From Antedon mediterranea (lineage: Eukaryota > Animalia > Echinodermata): a stretch of DNA of 64,000 nt. The notes below the pieces were generated by a model. The model was not told the DNA's origin. It worked only from the letters and a program-made list of their open reading frames with translations, and made no database searches. The stretch covers positions 31,174,388 to 31,238,387 of the forward strand of contig NC_092670.1 in NCBI RefSeq assembly GCF_964355755.1, in the 5' to 3' direction. This document shows, one piece after another, positions 36,401 to 47,939 of this stretch. The position numbers and the translations under genes were made by a program. The first letter of the stretch is position 1, and every line of letters begins with the position of its first letter.

Positions 36401-39400
36401 TGGTTTATTACATTTATAGCATGTAATGTTTTGTGTTGTGTATTGGCGAGTTGTGTAGGTACCGCTAGGGGCTGAATAATTATCAAAAGGGATCGAGAGC
36501 AAAGGTTTTGGGGAATAACTCGATGTAGGTTGGGGAGGGCCTTGGGATGCGGGACTGAAACTAGAAAACGACGGGGCTGTTGATGGAGGGGCGGATATTC
36601 TCGGGGAAGGTCTGGTGTTGGGTTTAGAAATAGATTCCATCCAGGGTTTACCTTTAATTTCAATCAAGGTATCGGCAATTCGAGAAAATTCATTGGACGT
36701 TTTGGGCTCTCTTTCTTTGATTAGGGAAGCAAGTGGGAAGGGGAGTTTTTGGATTGCCTGATCTAAAACAAAAAAGTCAAGAATTTCCTTGGGGTCTTGT
36801 AGGTTAACTTTTGCACTTCGGAGCCACCTCGTCATGTCTCGATCAAGTTTTCCAACCCACTCTCTAGTGGACATTGAAAGGGGTTTGGGAGTTTGTCTAA
36901 ATTGTTTCCGATATGTTTCGGCTGTGAGGTGGTACTTCAAGAGGATAGCATCTTTAAGGTCGTTATATGTGAAGTTCTGTAAAGGCATATCGTTGTAGGC
37001 CTCCCTGGCTTTACCAGTTAATTTTGGGAGAAGGTGTAGGGTCCAATTTTCGGGGGAAATTTGGCACTGTGCTGCAATACGCTCAAAGCATGACAAGTAG
37101 ATGTCAATGTCATCCTTATCTGTGATTTTAGGGATCTTATTAATGGGGCTATGAGTATCCTGGGGCGGTTGTTGACGCATTCGAAGACGTTGGAGTTCAA
37201 GTTCTAACTCAAGCATGCGCATTTGCATAGCTGTTTCGGATTGAGATGGTGGGGGAGGGCTAGGTGGACTCTCAAAGTTAGGAGCCAACCCAGGGGTACT
37301 AATAAGAGTTGTACGGGTTTGGGACCGAGTAAGTCGCGGAGTTGCCATTTTAAGTGAGAATGTACGATAAGTTTGGAATCAATTAGGCTAATAACAGAAT
37401 GTACCTTAACTACAATATAAGTAATATTGAGAATTATAATACAATTATCAACAAGAATTATTAAAGTATAAAATAAATGCCACTGTCAGTATGAAAGTAT
37501 ATGCTAATTAGAGTGTAGATTGGTTACTCACCCTTTACTTGGGTTGCTCTTTGTACGTCTCTGTTCCTTTGTGTTTCTTGTGTTTGTTGTTTCCAAGAGT
37601 GTAGAATGGTTACTACTCACTCTTTACTTGTGTTGCTCTCTGTGTTCCTTTGTATTTCTTGTTGTTGTGTCCAAGAGTGTAGATTGGTTACTACTCACTC
37701 TTTACTTGTGTTGAAAAACAAAATCCGTTTCGGAAATAAAAATCAGCTTCTTTTCAAATTCTACAGCTTGGTCGACTGTATAAATTTACTTTTTCTTCGT
37801 GAGTTCGTAAAAACCGCTGCCACCATGTAACGGTAGTCGTGTCGAGGGCCAAGACAATAACGATGGCACACAATTATTCAATGTACAAAATATAATATTT
37901 ATTCAATCAAAAAGTAATATTATAAAACAATGTGATACGTAGTGATTCTGACTGATGTTATAGTCTCAAGAATCAATACCCGAACTAACTAACTTAACTA
38001 CAAAACATATATTTATATTAAGGGGACAGGAAGGATGACTAATTAAATGGTACCACATCCTGATTGACTTTCCTTGGAAGACCCACCTCAGGAATGTAGT
38101 GTTCCAAGTTAAGTAGACATCGGGGAGAGTAAGGGGTGAATAGCCTGTGTGACTAATAGGGTTTGGTCCCACCATGTTACAGTCCTCAAAGCTATAGAGC
38201 CGGATTTTTAATTTTTTGTTAATTAATTTGTTTAATTAAGAAGCCACAATGTGTGACACACACCACAGCGTTATGTAGTTATATGGTTATATGCGGATTC
38301 TTGGCGTAGTGGTTATCACGTTTGCTTAAAACGCAGAAGGTACCTGGTTCGAGCCCGGACGAAACCTTTTTTTTTTAAATTTATGGTGAAAAGTACTGTA
38401 TACGCAATATGATAATTATACAGAGTATATCTTATTTTTATTATTTTTTAAAATACTTATTTTGTGTAATCGGTAATTATCACTTTTACACATGTTTATT
38501 TTGCTTTGTGCTTATTACCATTTATTTGTAATTTAAATGGATTAAAAAACTTTCTGTAACCCACATTTTTAATGTAAGAGGTTTCGTAGTGTAGTGGTTG
38601 TCAAGTCTGCTTAACACGCAGAAGGTCCCGGTTCGAGCCCTGGCGAAACCTATTTTCTTTACTTTCTAACTGTATACGTCTGTATACAGCTTCTTTCGCT
38701 GTACCCCGAGTATTGCACATTCGTGCTTGTTCTAATCTAGGCTTACATTAAAGTCTTTAATTAAACTGCCTTTTATTATAATTTAGTTTGACCAACAATT
38801 TTGTTGGTGTAGCCTCTACTTATATTTGTAACTTTTACCAACATTACTGTAGTTGTCAGTAGTAATATTGAAATATGATAGTATAGTATAGTAATTGTAA
38901 TAATATCGCCCGATTCCCAATGCTCTATCTCCACATACTATCTATTTCCGAAGTATCATAGGAATATTTGGTAATAAAGCATCTCATTTATATCACATGT
39001 GGTGGCTAGCCTACCGGTGCGTAGGCGAGGGGTGCGAGTTATGCGAATATGTTCAGTTTTTTAGGTTCCTAGTCCTGGCATTTGACAAAGTATGAGTGTA
39101 ATTTATGAAGACTTAGCAGCTCTAACCATGGTGGGTTGGTCATGTGAACTTTTAATTTCGTTTCATACTTCAATGTTTAAGTCCAGTTTCTGGGGACTTT
39201 GCAGCACTACATTTCAAAATGTTCTTAAGCAAAGTTAAAACAATTAACTTAACCAAGAGCCAGCAACCACGGCAGCAACCAGTCTACGCTTCTGAATAGA
39301 CAGTGAAATTCCTGCATAAAAAAAGTAATTTTTACCATTACCTGAATGACAATCTTCATTATCACAGGAACACACGTGAGTATCCAAACCAGAATCGTCT

Positions 39401-42400
39401 TCACAATTTCCGTAGTATTCCTTTACAACAACAAAATAACGTTATCTTATTTTGATGAAAAGAAAAATCATTATTATACTGTGAAAAGTACAATATGTCG
39501 TAACGGCAACATTAGTTGTTAAATCAAATAAGCGGCAACAGCAAATATTAAATTTGTATATATGTTTGTACAAATATAATGATAGGCAGATTAATCTGAC
39601 TGTAGCCATGGTATTCAGTTCGTTAGTATAAATAATAACTGTTTATCAGTTGAATATTGAGAATATTTCATCAGTTGAAAGAATAACGGAGATGAGACGG
39701 AGCCGAGTTAAACAGGTAATCTTGCAACAAATGAAATATTGTCTCCATTCAACGAATACAAAACAATCATTATTAATTGTTTTTACAATTTGTCCTGTGC
39801 TTTCCTTTATAGCGAGATAAAATGATATAGACTAAATACGAATCTACCATCGTAGGCCTATGTTTTTTTTCCATACACTGAACTGAACATGTGAGTGAGT
39901 GGCCGAGCGGTTAAGACAGTGGAACCGTAATTACCTAGCCATAACAACGGCAGGGGTTCGAGGCTCACTCACTCCATGGTTCTGGTGGTAGAACGAGTCT
40001 TCTCGGATAAGGACTATAAACCGTAGGTCCAGTGTACACATCTAGCTCGTGTGCACTTTAAAGAACCTAGTACATCTTTCGAGACGAGTAGGGGGTTACC
40101 CCGGTGTATTAGTACATCACAGCCACTGATCACCAACTGGGCCCTCTGGGAGACCAGTCATTGACTGAAGAGGTTACCCAGTATAAATATATATTTCAAT
40201 TCAATTCAATTCAACATGCATTAGAAACATTACATCACCGTTAAGTACGGCAATGCTATAGACCATGCGATTGTATGCAAATAATGCATCATGCTTATTA
40301 GTTAAATAGGAAGAATATTTTAATTACAATATACCTGATTATTTGATATATCAAATAAAGTAAATTGTAAATACTGTTCTTCCTATTTAACTCATAAGCA
40401 TGTATTATTTGAATATCGTACGGTCTACAAATAAACAAGGCGCTGTTGGTTATATAATTTCAAACTGTAAAATTGAAAGCTTTATATGCTTACCTTATCA
40501 ATGAACTCATAATAAACTACATCGTCTACTACCTCGATATTGTTTGTATCTTCGTTTTTAGCGCAATTCAAATAACATACACCGCGCAGCGTGTCATAAG
40601 AAACTGAGTCGCACAACTGATCCTTCTGGCAGGAAACAATGCATTGGACTACAGGCATCTTGAAACTGTGTATTATGTGGCCGGGTAATGTAACACCAAT
40701 TTCGGTTGTCTTCATTATGCTGGATCGTTGGTGTTTTCTTTCAACAACTGACCGACGGTCAATAAATTCTAGAATAAAATATATGATAATTAATGCCAGA
40801 AAAAAATTACAAACGCGATCAAACTAATAGACTGTTTGTGCTAATGTTAGTTTTAACTTAAGAAATGTCCAAATCAAGAGAAATAATTTTATTTTAATGT
40901 TTTAGAAAATGCTTAAGTTTAAGAAACGATCGCCTAAATATTGATTCATGTTATTATGTAATATGGGCCGAAGGCCAAAATTACGAATAAAGAAAGAAAG
41001 AATCAGTGCATCATGCAATTACCTTCAGATATAGCCATAATTGGATATCTTCTTCCATCTGCAGGTTGTGATACGGTATGAAAGGAACCAATTCTGAGAT
41101 GTTCTTTAACAATATCGTTGGCATATACTGTTTGTAGATTCTCATCCTGTTCATAAATCAAAAGTGCCTGATCAAAATAAAAGCCAATCACATCACCAGC
41201 TTCTACAGGAATCCAGTCGGAACGAGAAAGAGAATGTGTATAAATTTGATTGAGTTCATCGACGGCCGATAGCATTGTGAGGCCTATCAGTTCATATTCA
41301 TTCACTGTATATGTAGGCCGCCATACCAACCCCGTGAAATTCACAGATACAGATGGAATCCACTTCCATGCCTTGATGTACCCAGGACAATTGATAGGAT
41401 TGTCTAGGTTTATCATTACCGCATTTCTGATGTTATCTAATACTGTACCCACTCTGAGTATATCTTTCTTTGTACAATCAGCTAGCGATTCTGTAAAATA
41501 AAAATAAGTATCTAAACACTGTATAGGTCTGTCACACCAAAATCAGTCCGGGCCAAAATCGGTCCGTCGGACCAGTTTTGGCTGCCAAAATCAGTCCGGG
41601 GGACCATTTATGGCTGCCAAAACCTGTCCGGCCGGACCAATTTTGGCCGCCAAAACTGGTCCGGCCTGGATAAAATCGGTCCGGGCAGTAGGACTGTTTT
41701 TGGCCGCCAAATATGGTCCGGTCTTACAAATATATGGTGCGCAAAATGAGTCATAATGTATATATCATTAAAAAAAGGCCATGATTAGTCATTATTGAAA
41801 ACTACGGGGATTTATTTGTTATGTTAATATTATAAATTAAGCCTGTTTTTTTTTATTATCATTATTAGTAGTAACTCATCAATAATTAATACTAATTGTT
41901 AAGCTTTTTGTATATAATATGTATCTCTGCCTGTTTTTAATCCATTTTTTCTTTTTTAACATCTTCGTTTCCCCATGATGTTAAAAACAATTTAATTTAT
42001 TAATTATTTATGGTTAATCAATCAATATATCAATTCAATACAATTATTATAAAACAATTATCCAATATTGATTAGGCTGAGGAAGGCAATATCAGCGTAT
42101 CATACCCGTTCATGTGAGTGTGTGTCAGGCCGAAATATGAGTGAACACCTAAGTCATGTTTTTAGATAAAATACATTTATTTAGAGTATTTATCCGACAA
42201 GATAACTTACTAATATATATCATGGGATATTTTTCTAGCCATAAACAACTTAAAACAGCATCATAGGCTTAGTAATTCAATTAAAATCGACAGAAGAAAA
42301 GCCCGGACCGATTTTGGCAGTGGCGGACTGCTTTTGGCCACAATTTTAGAGCTAAAACTGGTCCGGCCGCACCGGTTTTGGCCCTGGACCATATTTATCG

Positions 42401-42889
42401 TGACAGGTCAATAGTATAGGCTACCATAAATGTTATGAAAAACATGTGCAGTTCCTTTTTAAACTTTCTGTTCTGTGTATGAAGGTTTTTTTTTTTAAAT
42501 TAAGAAAAACCCAATGCTAAATGTGTAGTAGTTTAGTTTATTTAATTATGTTATTTTAGTAAATATTCGAATTTGAATAGAAATTACACAGGCCGCAATA
42601 AGAAAACTGTACACAGATAGTTTTTTTTTGTTTTTTTGTTATTGTCAACTTGATGGCGCTAAACTAATCCATCGCATAAGTAGACAAAGTTAAAAAAATA
42701 ACTAGACTTGCAATAGCACCCTCGACGTCACGTATTTTGTGGACAAATCTGTTTATTTTCGACAATGTCACCAGTCTCTATAATAATATTATAATAATTC
42801 TTATTGCAGCGTATATAGGCGTATTTTCTAAACATACCTTTGATTGATATCAGCAATACAAACAATATCACTTTTTGTTTGTTGATCAT
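27448..42889 (-). CDS. Secreted protein (~476 aa): signal peptide, unknown Cys domain, PAN/Apple, EGF-like stub, invertebrate WF..SPW.DL..YGGC..D.GW domain; 8 exons
   Basis: Exons 42889-42838, 41490-41023, 40768-40494, 39420-39342, 33341-33172, 32865-32696, 32194-32028, 27497-27448. All introns are GT-AG with consistent phases; total 1431 nt with no internal stop seen. PAN motif CIVSCQKDQLCDSVSY...CYLN. Confidence 0.78.
27611..28513. mobile_element. Tc1/mariner-type MITE
   Basis: TIR CTGCCGTACTTTGAGAAAAGGGCT and its inverse, flanked by TA. Confidence 0.8.
29499..30970 (+). mobile_element. Complete non-autonomous Helitron (1.47 kb)
   Basis: A|TC 5' end; 3' hairpin GGTACGCGAGCGAAGCGAGCGTACC followed by CTAG|T. 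Confidence 0.78.
31075..31460 (-). mobile_element. LINE 3' fragment
   Basis: GDIEDEIHFMLYCPIYDDIR (C-terminal CCHC remnant); (TTTGAA)n tail. Confidence 0.65.
33455..33750 (+). mobile_element. Degenerate third copy of the Helitron family
   Basis: Similar to 29510-29870 (TTTACGTAAG..TACTTTCGGTACTGATTT..ACAGCTCGAGTAC). Confidence 0.55.
35558..36346 (-). CDS. Readthrough extension: aspartic protease plus integrase C-terminal (GPY/F) domain
   Basis: In frame after gag TGA-CTAG. LRDTGCSQSIV protease site, DLLLGN, then QAKQKHYYD..FKVGQKVL..WQGPY..YHINLL. Confidence 0.8.
   Translation of the reverse strand, partial: LGLYIKHNCGTSPWLLSGTINNRQAEILRDTGCSQSIVKSTFVKPKDYTSETVTIQGFTGQYVTLPVVHVHIDCKAYKGKLKAAVSNDTPKDLLLGNEVMTGNPNDVTWPPSILAITRKEAHNQERQEAINLAAALNVKTSPITDCPPRLYHIVKKNDIARTNVKQAQAKQKHYYDKKTLPRKFKVGQKVLILLPDDTSKVKSKWQGPYPISKVFSDVNYEILVGNKHKTYHINLLRLYNERPQKQNNDYMYSTVVKSAFFQ
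36347..37348 (-). CDS. gag: Gag (capsid, SCAN-like region, CCHC knuckle)
   Basis: DDIDIYLSCFERIA, LTGKAREAY, ETYRKQFR, CYKCNKPGHISRQC. Confidence 0.9.
   Translation of the reverse strand: MATPRLTRSQTRTTLISTPGLAPNFESPPSPPPPSQSETAMQMRMLELELELQRLRMRQQPPQDTHSPINKIPKITDKDDIDIYLSCFERIAAQCQISPENWTLHLLPKLTGKAREAYNDMPLQNFTYNDLKDAILLKYHLTAETYRKQFRQTPKPLSMSTREWVGKLDRDMTRWLRSAKVNLQDPKEILDFFVLDQAIQKLPFPLASLIKEREPKTSNEFSRIADTLIEIKGKPWMESISKPNTRPSPRISAPPSTAPSFSSFSPASQGPPQPTSSYSPKPLLSIPFDNYSAPSGTYTTRQYTTQNITCYKCNKPGHISRQCPLNNNPAKDQ
38296..38366 (+). pseudogene. Degenerate tRNA-Val-like copy
   Basis: GGCGTAGTGGTTATCACGTTTGC..GGTTCGAGCCC, followed by a T-run. Confidence 0.5.
38580..38651 (+). pseudogene. tRNA-Val(AAC)-like copy
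   Basis: GGTTTCGTAGTGTAGTGGTT..TCTGC TTAACAC GCAGA AGGTCCCGGTTCGAGCCC..CGAAACC; imperfect D and T arms. Confidence 0.6.
39889..40215 (+). mobile_element. tRNA-derived SINE with Deu/Nin-type core
   Basis: A box TGGCCGAGCGG, B box GGTTCGAGGC; core TCGGATAAGGACTATAAACCG..TTAAAGAACC..GAGTAGGGGGTTACCCCGGTGT; (TTCAA)n tail. Confidence 0.78.
41530..42405. mobile_element. Ginger-like MITE
   Basis: TGTCAC...GTGACA termini, 4-bp TSD GGTC, subterminal CCAAAA(T/A)CGGTCC repeats. Confidence 0.72.
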
Positions 42890-43149
42890 AATGTCTGTTT
42901 AAAAAGCCTGTTGACAAATCAAAAAAAATAGTAATGATTATTACTTAACATTTCTACCTTTGTGTTTACTGCCAACTCGTTTTCAAAATGTTCAGATTTT
43001 TTAGCAATGCAAAATAGATCTCAAAATAATGTGCCATCGAAAACGATGAGCCTTGCTGCAGCCTACTGTAGCTTTGATAACCAATACAAATAAAAAAAAA
43101 GATATTGAAAAAAGGCGCCTCATATGTACACATTGCATTTATAACCTAA

Positions 43150-43430
43150 GGGCTCATTTACACTAGGATGATAACGATCGAAGATAATAGATAAATATGC
43201 ATTTTCATATTATAAATCAAAAGAAATCTAAGAAGTTTTCATTCTATAACTATAGGATAACGTTTTTTGATTGGTGATTTAAAATAATTGTTTTTATCAA
43301 AGACAGTCTAAATGATTATGCTATATAGTTCTAGAACGAAATCTTTAATAATTTCTTTTTTTATATGTAAGAAAAATGTATGCTTATCTCTATTTATCGT
43401 CGATCATTATCGTCCTGGTGTGAATGGATG
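43150..43430. mobile_element. Degenerate PIF/Harbinger-like MITE
   Basis: Imperfect TIR CATTTACACTAGGATGATAACGATCGA / TCGATCATTATCGTCCTGGTGTGAATG. Confidence 0.5.
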
Positions 43431-43995
43431 CATATAATATATAAAATCCAAGCCAAAATAAAGTAGGCCTAAATACTAGTTTTCCATTGCTGGTACAATT
43501 TAGTATGGAATATAGGCTTATTTCAACTATTGAGCGAAAGATACTAGCGATTTACTGGAATTTGTCCTTTACGTAATTTCCCAGATTCTCGAATAAATGA
43601 ACTTTGATTTTTAAAATGTAGGTATACACCAAGCGAATGAATACAAATGGATTTTTTTGTGAAAATAATTGTCACCATGTGAATTAAAAAAAGATTTCAA
43701 ATAAAAAGAAAATGTAACTATAGACCTGCAATTTTGTTACTGCAAGTATCGGCCTACCAAATTTCTGTCTTAGTAAATTTGACGATGGAGTGGTATCTTA
43801 TTTATTTATTTATTTATTTATTACCATCTTTACTGAGGGTAGCCTATCCAGTTCCTAATGGAATTGATCATTTAGGGCCCTCGATAAAACATACATACAG
43901 TAAAACACATAAAATATTGAATATTCAAATGACATAAAATAGACCTAAAAATTTACAATGGTTATAAAATTCATATAAAAGTTAAAATCGTTGAC

Positions 43996-44049
<54 letters not shown>

Positions 44050-44139
44050 CATACTGTAAATTTCAGAAACAGTGCTCATATTCGGAACATGATCTCATAA
44101 TCGCGTCGAGTATATATATATATATATTATATATATATA

Positions 44140-44172
<33 letters not shown>

Positions 44173-44285
44173 AATCATACTGTAAATTATAGAAACAGTG
44201 CTCATATTCGGAACATGATCTCATAATCGCGTCGAGCATAGCTCATTGGCGAAAGTTCCGTATTTTTTTAGTTGTATGAAAAAAT

Positions 44286-44356
44286 GTCTCTGGCGGGATT
44301 TGAACCTGCAACCTCTCGCTTACAGGGCGAGTATCATACCACTAGACCACAGAGCC
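44286..44356 (-). pseudogene. tRNA-like sequence (inverted copy of 45235-45306)
   Basis: Reverse complement of the cloverleaf below. Confidence 0.5.
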
Positions 44357-44870
44357 ATGTATGGTATTATCACAGATTTTCACCCACCAGATACATTCTC
44401 TCATACAAAAAACGCCCTCACAATCAGTGGAGGCTTAACAAGTCAGAATAAATTCCAACTTTAATTCGCAACGGTTTTTTAAATAATATTGTGTATATGT
44501 AAATCAATGATGTTGCGTAGCACTTTTTCATACAACTAAAAAAATACGGAACTTTCGCCAATGAGCTATGCTCGACGCGATTATGAGATCATGTTCCGAA
44601 TATGAGCACTGTTTCTATAATTTACAGTATGATTTATATATAATTTACACAGTGCTACGCAATATCATATAATATCATAATAATATGGAATGTCAGCTGT
44701 TATGTAACAATGCTTTCTTTCTGTGCCGGCAGGCGGACACAAGTTCGTTACGTTTGTTTAATGTCGATAATTCAGGGTGGCGGATGATAAATAATTTCTC
44801 TTTGAGGGAGAGATTGCATTTTTTGTTTGCGCTACTATATGCTTTAGTAGATGTCAAGATGCGCCATGAG

Positions 44871-44929
<59 letters not shown>

Positions 44930-45234
44930 CAATGATGTTGCGTAGCACTGTGTAAATTATATATAAATCATACTGTAAATTATAGAAACAGTGCTCATAT
45001 TCGGAACATGATCTCATAATCGCGTCGAGCATAGCTCATTGGCGAAAGTTCCGTATTTTTTAGTTGTATGAAAAAAAACATCATTGATTTACATATACAC
45101 AATATTATTTAAAAAACCGTTGCGAATTAAAGTTGGAATTTATTCTGACTTGTCAAGCCTCCACTGATTGTGAGGGCGTTTGTTGTATGAGAGAATGTAT
45201 CTGGTGGGTGAAAATCTGTGATAATACCATACAT

Positions 45235-45306
45235 GGCTCTGTGGTCTAGTGGTATGATACTCGCCCTGTAAGCGAGAGGTTGCAGGTTCGAATCCAGCCA
45301 GAGACA
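45235..45306 (+). pseudogene. tRNA-like sequence, Pro-like D-arm with TGT anticodon
   Basis: GGCTCTG TGGTCTAGTGGTATGATA CTCGC-CCTGTAA-GCGAG AGGTT GCAGG-TTCGAAT-CCAGC CAGAGAC, then T6. Confidence 0.55.
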
Positions 45307-45414
45307 TTTTTTCATACAACTAAAAAATACGGAACTTTCGCCAATGAGCTATGCTCGACGCGATTATGAGATCATGTTCCGAATATGAGCACTGTTTCTA
45401 TAATTTACAGTATG

Positions 45415-45459
<45 letters not shown>

Positions 45460-45462
<3 letters not shown>

Positions 45463-45895
45463 CAAACAATATTAGCTGGAAATAAATTCTGTAAGTTCAC
45501 GTTTAAAGGAAATAATATTTTCAGATTGTCGAATGATTTTAGGAATCATAGTAAAATACATAGGCGCTTTATAACTGAAACATTGTTTAAAAATCTCTAA
45601 TGAAGGTCGAGGAACAATATAATTACAAATAGAGATGGATCTGGTAGTTGGTCGACCGCCGGGCTGAGTCCTGGTTAACATGCGACTGATGTAATCCGGA
45701 ACGGTATTGATGGAAGCCCGATAGGCGAGACAGCCAAGTTGAAACTGATAACGTTGAGAAACGGATGAGATGGAAAGGGTGTTATCAATAAGGTGGGATG
45801 GGGTATGAGGGTGAACTTTCAAGATAACTCTTTTAGCTATATTTTGAAGTTTCTGGACTTTAGCAATGAGTGTTGCTCGTGCGCCCCAGAGAGAT
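45460..45895 (-). mobile_element. CR1/L2-like LINE 3' fragment
   Basis: KVQKLQNIAKRVI..PDYISRML..FKQCFSYKAPMYF..SFKREL. Confidence 0.7.
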
Positions 45896-47939
45896 CTTCA
45901 TAAATATAACATTCGTTACAACCCCGTTTCTCGATTAAGGAATATAGACCTACATCTACTGAAGTGTATTAGTATTTTTTTGGTTTTTTTTTTTTAACTC
46001 TCTGATCAATATTAAAATAACAGAAGTACATTTTGAGCAACTGAAAGGAACTAAACGGAACGGAGCGCTTATGTCGACATGGAACTGAACGTGCTTGAGT
46101 CGTAAAAAGTTTCTTTAAGTTCCAGAAAAATAGAACATGGGCAACTGAAACCAACTGAAAAGAACTGAGAGGAACTAAACTTATGTCAACATTTTTGCGT
46201 GCATATCAGTTGCTGTCAGTTGCGTTCAGTCGCTCGGAGCGCTTTTGTCGACACAGCCAGTTGAGTTGAGTTGAGTTCCATGTCGACATAAGGGCACCTT
46301 TACGGTTACGGATAATTGCCATCTAGTATAGACAATGCAAAAGCTCTTTTTTTAATTAGATTACCTGCCTAAACTGTCACTAAATTAACAATTCTCTTTT
46401 TTTAATTAAGAATTCTTCTTATTATATTATATAATGCTATCAGTACTAACCTGTTTCATTGTAACCTGTTTCATTCAACTGACGTGCCGCACAAATGCTT
46501 CGTCAAACAGTATCCCGATATTATATATAGCGAATAACAAAACAATATTGACAATTTCTTTGTAGTTAAATTGCATATCATGTCGTTAGAATCATCAAAT
46601 TTAGGAATTATGTATATTGTGTATGCTATATTGAATAGAAACCTGATTTCTATTGTACACATGAATAGTTTGCACGTTTTATCTGGGATTATTATGATCT
46701 TAGAATCAATAGTTAAATAAAAACTCCTTTCTTTGAAAAGGTATAAAAAATTATATTAGGGAAGGGGGGGGGGGTGTTTTTTCGTTGAAATTACCCATTC
46801 AGATTGCGACAAAAATAAGTAACAACTCCAAGCAACTCCTTAATTGTACATTTACTTCATTGTCTAAATGAGTGTGCTACTATTACTAATCAGATTGAAT
46901 GAATGGTGATTTAAATTTTTTTTTTTACCAAATCCCCTTTCACAATACTTTCGACCCCCCTTCACCGTCTCGGGCGCGCACGTTTTTGATATTATAAACA
47001 CGATGATTATTAACAATTATTTCTGTTTAATTCTTACAGTAATTATATAAATGATAAGCAGTTAAAAGATCTTCGCTTCGCATTGAAATAAATACAATTT
47101 GATTAGTGGTATTGTTATAACCTAAAAAAAAACAGTTGTTTCATGCTGGGTAAGAATCTATTGACGTTACATGATAATATTTATTACAAATAATTCACTT
47201 ATAACGTTCACGTTACCTTTGCTTTACGATATTTCAGACGCAAATAGATCAGAACAATTGAACATCATCGATGATAATATTAATGCTGTAGGCCTACATT
47301 TCGTCGATATTCGTTATCTAATTGCAATATGATATACTATTCAATCAAATTCAACTTTACTTTCACGGATTCCCAGATCAACTTATGGTAGTTCTAATTC
47401 CTGGGGCCATACACAATCGACCAGAAATAATACAGAGCAAACTTACCAATCCTTGTTTTGTAATTGCAGTTAAAATTAAACCGAATGTTTATTTGTTTAC
47501 TCATTTAGTCTAGAAAAAACATATAGTATACAACACCCAACACTTCTAAGTCAAATAATATTCCTAATTTCTTTATCACTACTTACAATACATTGTTATG
47601 TGTTATTATGTTTTGTACTGTACATTCAAAACAAGAAATAGAAATAATTCCTTTTGTTAAATCATTGTTGTTATTAATTAGGATGAATAATCTACAACAA
47701 GGAATTATCTCGATTTTGACCCCCTAAAAAATTATTAAATACAATTTATGTTGCATAATTTCGTACGTATACATATTTTAGCTAAAAACAAATACTTTCT
47801 ATTTTTTTAGAATACAATCAGACGCGTTTAGCTCATTTACTAAAAACTACATTTGTTGATATAATACCTTTTCGTAAATCATGGCAGTATAGTCAGTGTG
47901 TGGCACTCGGATTCCAATGAATAAAAAGGTTGTTGCTAG

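Larger units (their letters stand above)
34433..38181 (-). mobile_element. Young non-autonomous Gypsy (Gmr1-like) LTR retrotransposon
   Basis: 356-bp TGT..ACA LTRs (34433-34788, 37826-38181), ~3 mismatches seen. 5-bp TSD GTCCT. PBS TGGTGGCAGCGGT (tRNA-Leu-like). PPT GAGCGGGGGAA. Confidence 0.93.
34267..38733 (+). mobile_element. HINE-like family 3, containing the LTR insertion and tRNA-Val-like copies
   Basis: Head TTTTACTCGGGGTACCCGAGT; 3' subTIR TACCCCGAGTA plus hairpin GCACATTCGTGC-TTGTT. Confidence 0.62.
43998..45458. repeat. Compound inverted repeat embedded in (TA)n arrays
   Basis: ~115-bp unit (AAATCATACTG...GTTGTATGAAAAA) at 44172, 44525(rc), 44965, 45307(rc), plus a partial at 44046. 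Two inverted cores. Confidence 0.85.

Noticed and set aside
38296-38651. Functional tRNA-Val genes
   Set aside because: Stem mismatches and location inside a TE; kept as pseudogenes pending tRNAscan-SE.
44647-44951. Inverted CACAGTG heptamers suggesting RAG/Transib signal ends
   Set aside because: No nonamer at 12/23 spacing, no 5-bp TSD and no RAG-like ORF; the flanks are part of a larger palindrome.
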